Below are positions 50,943 through 54,216 of a stretch of 54,216 nucleotides of DNA, in pieces. Location of the stretch: NCBI GenBank assembly GCA_008369845.1, contig MRSU01002629.1:1-54216 (forward strand), in the 5' to 3' direction. Each line of letters starts with the position of its first letter. Position 1 is the stretch's first letter. The translations under genes and the position numbers were made by a program. The DNA comes from Trichomonas gallinae (lineage: Eukaryota). The notes beneath the pieces are model-generated. The model had not been told where the DNA came from. It worked only from the letters and a program-made list of their open reading frames with translations, and searched no databases.

Positions 50943-51836
50943 TTACATATCGATGTCATCAATGTCTATTACTTGATCTATGATATCATCTTTTATCTCC
51001 TTAAATGTTATAGGAGAATGATTAAATGAAGATATTTCCTCAAGAAACTTAACCGCACTTGTTGCAGATGAGCAAAAGAAACCTAACAGAATTGAAGGAT
51101 TCAAATGTGTGATTTTGATTCCTCGTGGAGCAACTTCAAAAAACTCACTATGCGATAAAGAAAACTTAACAGATTCTTTGGTAGTGTGAGGATCGAAATA
51201 AACTATGTTTTGATTGTCTTCTGTCAATCCAACCAAAAAATAGCTGTAATCTGAATATCCACTTACTGCTCCTATGAACTCCTCACGCTGAAAAACGTAT
51301 CTGATGAAAGGAATATAGTTAGCATCGAGTTCTTTCATTCCTAAAAGACAAGGAATAAGTAATAAGAAAGGAGTTGCGGTATTTTTCACCTCTTCTGGTG
51401 ATATATTGCTGTCTTTAGCTGTCACAATTGATAATTTGTATTGTTTGAAGATGGATTCAATTGTTGCTGCAAGTTGTGAAGGCTTGGCCCAATTTCCTGG
51501 TGCAACACCGAAATCCTTGCATCGTGTTACTAAATTCTGTATCGAAAAAGGCATTTCAATTCGATCTTCGAATAATGAAAACATTGCTACATCTGGAAAT
51601 GTCTTGTAATAATATTCGGGATCTACCGGAGCATATGTCATGAAGTAAGACGCAAGTAATCCCTGGGCAGATCTGAAACAGCAGCCCCATCCACTATCGC
51701 AAGTGATATTTCCCGGCTGAATTGCAGGGAAATTGCATCTGTATGTGAATCTGGGTATGTTGTTATACTTTTTTATATCCGTTTTAGTGAGCGTCACAGA
51801 TGAAAGACCACAAGCACTTGATATTTTTTTCAGCAT
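50943..51836 (-). CDS. ATG4: Autophagy cysteine peptidase ATG4 (family C54)
   Basis: RFTYR, DSGWGC.FRSAQ..LA, PFSIQN, G.W..PS and YFDPH catalytic motifs. Confidence 0.93.
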   Translation of the reverse strand: MLKKISSACGLSSVTLTKTDIKKYNNIPRFTYRCNFPAIQPGNITCDSGWGCCFRSAQGLLASYFMTYAPVDPEYYYKTFPDVAMFSLFEDRIEMPFSIQNLVTRCKDFGVAPGNWAKPSQLAATIESIFKQYKLSIVTAKDSNISPEEVKNTATPFLLLIPCLLGMKELDANYIPFIRYVFQREEFIGAVSGYSDYSYFLVGLTEDNQNIVYFDPHTTKESVKFSLSHSEFFEVAPRGIKITHLNPSILLGFFCSSATSAVKFLEEISSFNHSPITFKEIKDDIIDQVIDIDDIDM

Positions 51837-52387
51837 TTTTTATGATAAAAAAAAATGGATTTTAATTTCATATTTATGTGTAATATTCATATATTTTCAA
51901 AATTTTAGATTTTGTTTACGTGTCAATTGAGTTTAATTGAATGGTTTATTTGGCAAAATAAGGATTTATTTTTTCATTATTTCTTAATTCAAAAATAGAC
52001 CACCTATATTGTAACAATTATATTTTTTGTATAAAATTAGCTCAATTGCTGTTCATTACATAGAAAATTTTTTCAAATTTATGATTTTAATGTGTAAACC
52101 CTCAATTAAATGTCATCAACATGATGATCATTATACAAAGAATTATACTTTGTTATATAACAACAAACCAATTGTAATTGAAACAAGATATCAATATTTT
52201 CATTTTCGTTATATTATAGAAAATTTCTCACAATAAATTGATATATTTCTAATAATTGTGTATGAATTTGATATAGCAAATTAGAATTCGTGATTCGATA
52301 AAATGCTATTTTTGTAATTTTCAGGGAAAAACTATTTTTGTAAAAAATGGTGGCAAAGGCTAGTTTATTATCATTTTCACTTCGTCT

Positions 52388-52900
52388 ATGGATGAATTCG
52401 TTCTTACACACTTCCAGAAGTGGTCGAATTTCATCATAGGCAAAGATGAGGATAAGGAACAAGCTGCATGTGCAGCACTTTGCGCTTCAGCATCATCGAA
52501 CTGTGTCTGCAGCATCTCTGAGTTCCCAATTGGCTCAAAAGAATGCAAGCAAGTTGTCACACGCGTTCTCAACGAGATCTGCAAACTACAACACCAGCCT
52601 TGGCAAGTCTATTGCATCTTGATTCTCATCGTTGAATCATTCCATGCATCTTCTTATTTCTTGTTTGACGAAGAAGACATTTTCCGGCAAACTGTCGAAG
52701 ATGTCATCATGGTCGATTTGTCATCTGTCCACACTGATGTGCATGATGCGTCTGCACAGCTCTTAATATTTAATGTGCACAACTCTTTGTCTTTTGCACC
52801 AAGGATTTGCGATTTAGTCAAAAGATTCTCGACAATGTTTCGTGATCCGCAAATCCAAACACGTGTTAGTTACAAATTGCGCACATACATATTATTATAG
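52388..52900 (+). CDS. Hypothetical helical protein, possibly truncated
   Basis: GC-rich 170-aa ORF after tandem Inr-like TCATT/TCACT sites. It ends abruptly into AT-rich DNA. Confidence 0.65.
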   Translation: MDEFVLTHFQKWSNFIIGKDEDKEQAACAALCASASSNCVCSISEFPIGSKECKQVVTRVLNEICKLQHQPWQVYCILILIVESFHASSYFLFDEEDIFRQTVEDVIMVDLSSVHTDVHDASAQLLIFNVHNSLSFAPRICDLVKRFSTMFRDPQIQTRVSYKLRTYILL

Positions 52901-54084
52901 AGTATCATCTGAAGTTTTATTATATTAATATTAGAATGTTTTATTCTTTAATATAATTTTTAATCGAGCTTTTTCTCTTGATCAATTGAAATTTTACCGA
53001 TTATTTGATATTTCTTTTGCTTAGACATCCATAATAAATTGCATCCAAAATACAGCAAATACATACTAGATAGAGTCTTTTATATGATATTATATGTGAA
53101 TTATATTGTAAGCTTCCTAATATATGACTTTGACATTGAAGATTTTAAACGAGGAAAAAATAAACAAATATCAAATTTTTAACAAGCATTTCATTATCAC
53201 ATTAGAGCATTTTAATTTCAATAATTTATTTAGATACAAAACTAGTTATGATACCTAACCTATAAATCAGAAGAAATAACTACTTGTTTTCAGCTTGTTA
53301 TGCTAACTTTTAAATTTTTAAATTTTTTTGTTATGCGTCAAATTTTAATTTCAAACATTGATGCTTATAAGAGGGCTTAGAAATGAGAAATCACAGTTTA
53401 TACATAACATTAGCATTAATCATATTGAGAAGTTAATACTATGAAACATTTGTTGAAAGAAAATGTCCATAACGGTGAGGAAGTGTTCGCAATTATATTG
53501 GATGCATCTTTTTAAAAAATAATATAATTTGAGTTTTTTACCGTAAATGATATATGAATAAATATATTGAAGCATGCTCTAAATACTTCAGATGATACTC
53601 TATAATAATATGTATGATACAGATGTTAACATGAAAGTATTATATCAATTTCATTTGTTTATAATTATTATAAATAATTCATCAATCAAATTTATTTGTC
53701 ATTATTAAAAAGGATTCATCATTATTGAAATAGCTGAAAAATCCTCTACAAATGCAATCATTCGATATCGATATCTAAAGTCTAAATTGAATTAGTTTAT
53801 GGTATCTTTTCGAAACAAATGTTTGTTTTTCACATAAGCACTGTTATCGTATATAAAGAATTGCAATGTCTTTAATATCATCAAAGATTCACCATGTTAA
53901 TGTTCGATGTCTATTTATGTCGGGGATTAGAACTGAACTAACTTATTAAGTATACTTTGCATTCTAATAACATGTGAGAAGTTAAATCAAATTAAGTCGA
54001 TTTGTAGAATATTAGATATTATTTCAATGAAAAAAAGATAATAAATCATCAACATTGATATGTTTAGAGAATAAAATAATGTGC

Positions 54085-54216
54085 TTATGCCTCGGCTTCC
54101 TCGTCTTCTTCGCCTTCGCCCTGTTCTTCAACACCGGCTGTCTCGTACATTTCGTACTCCTGGATGAGATCTGTCATGTTGGAGCGAGCTTCATCGAATT
54201 CGACTGTTTCGAGGCC
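54085..54216 (-). CDS. TUBB: Beta-tubulin, C-terminal end (partial; absent from the ORF track)
   Basis: Minus strand reads GLETVEFDEARSNMTDLIQEYEMYETAGVEEQGEGEEDEEAEA* (cf. [24 protein letters not shown]). Confidence 0.92.
   Translation of the reverse strand, partial: GLETVEFDEARSNMTDLIQEYEMYETAGVEEQGEGEEDEEAEA

Noticed and set aside
52861..52900. Possible intron (GTTAGT...AG) near the end of the last ORF
   Set aside because: Lacks the trichomonad ACTAACACACAG-type branch/3' splice motif, and no downstream exon is evident. I found no canonical intron in the window.
52900..54080. Mobile element (Maverick, mariner or MITE) in the long intergenic gaps
   Set aside because: No transposase or integrase ORF, terminal inverted repeats or target duplications were visible by eye. 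A repeat-library search could still find fragments.

Overview
Eukaryotic, AT-rich, gene-dense chromosomal DNA from a trichomonad, most likely Trichomonas vaginalis or a close relative. This is inferred from the apparently intronless genes, TCA(T/C)(T/A) initiator elements just before ATGs, TAAA signals overlapping stop codons, and a parabasalid-like beta-tubulin C-terminus. The window holds about 30 protein-coding genes. Recognisable ones include CAND1, a Furry/Mor2-like scaffold, a Rab GTPase, GNA1, a SHIPPO-repeat protein, BTB and WD40 proteins, PUS10, a Tom36/Tom46-like tail-anchored Sel1 protein, CDC5L, a Prp43-type DEAH helicase, an HMG-box protein, an SLC12 transporter, two tandem glycine-rich surface proteins, a saposin-like protein, ATG4 and the 3' end of beta-tubulin. 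I saw no transposon, rRNA, tRNA or CRISPR. The most striking unexplained signal is non-coding: several unrelated promoters carry arrays of short motifs from three families (TTTACnTGnCA, CCCT(A/G), TGACnnTTTACA) repeated at about 20-bp spacing. This suggests a helically phased promoter architecture. All homology calls come from motif recognition by eye; no searches were run.
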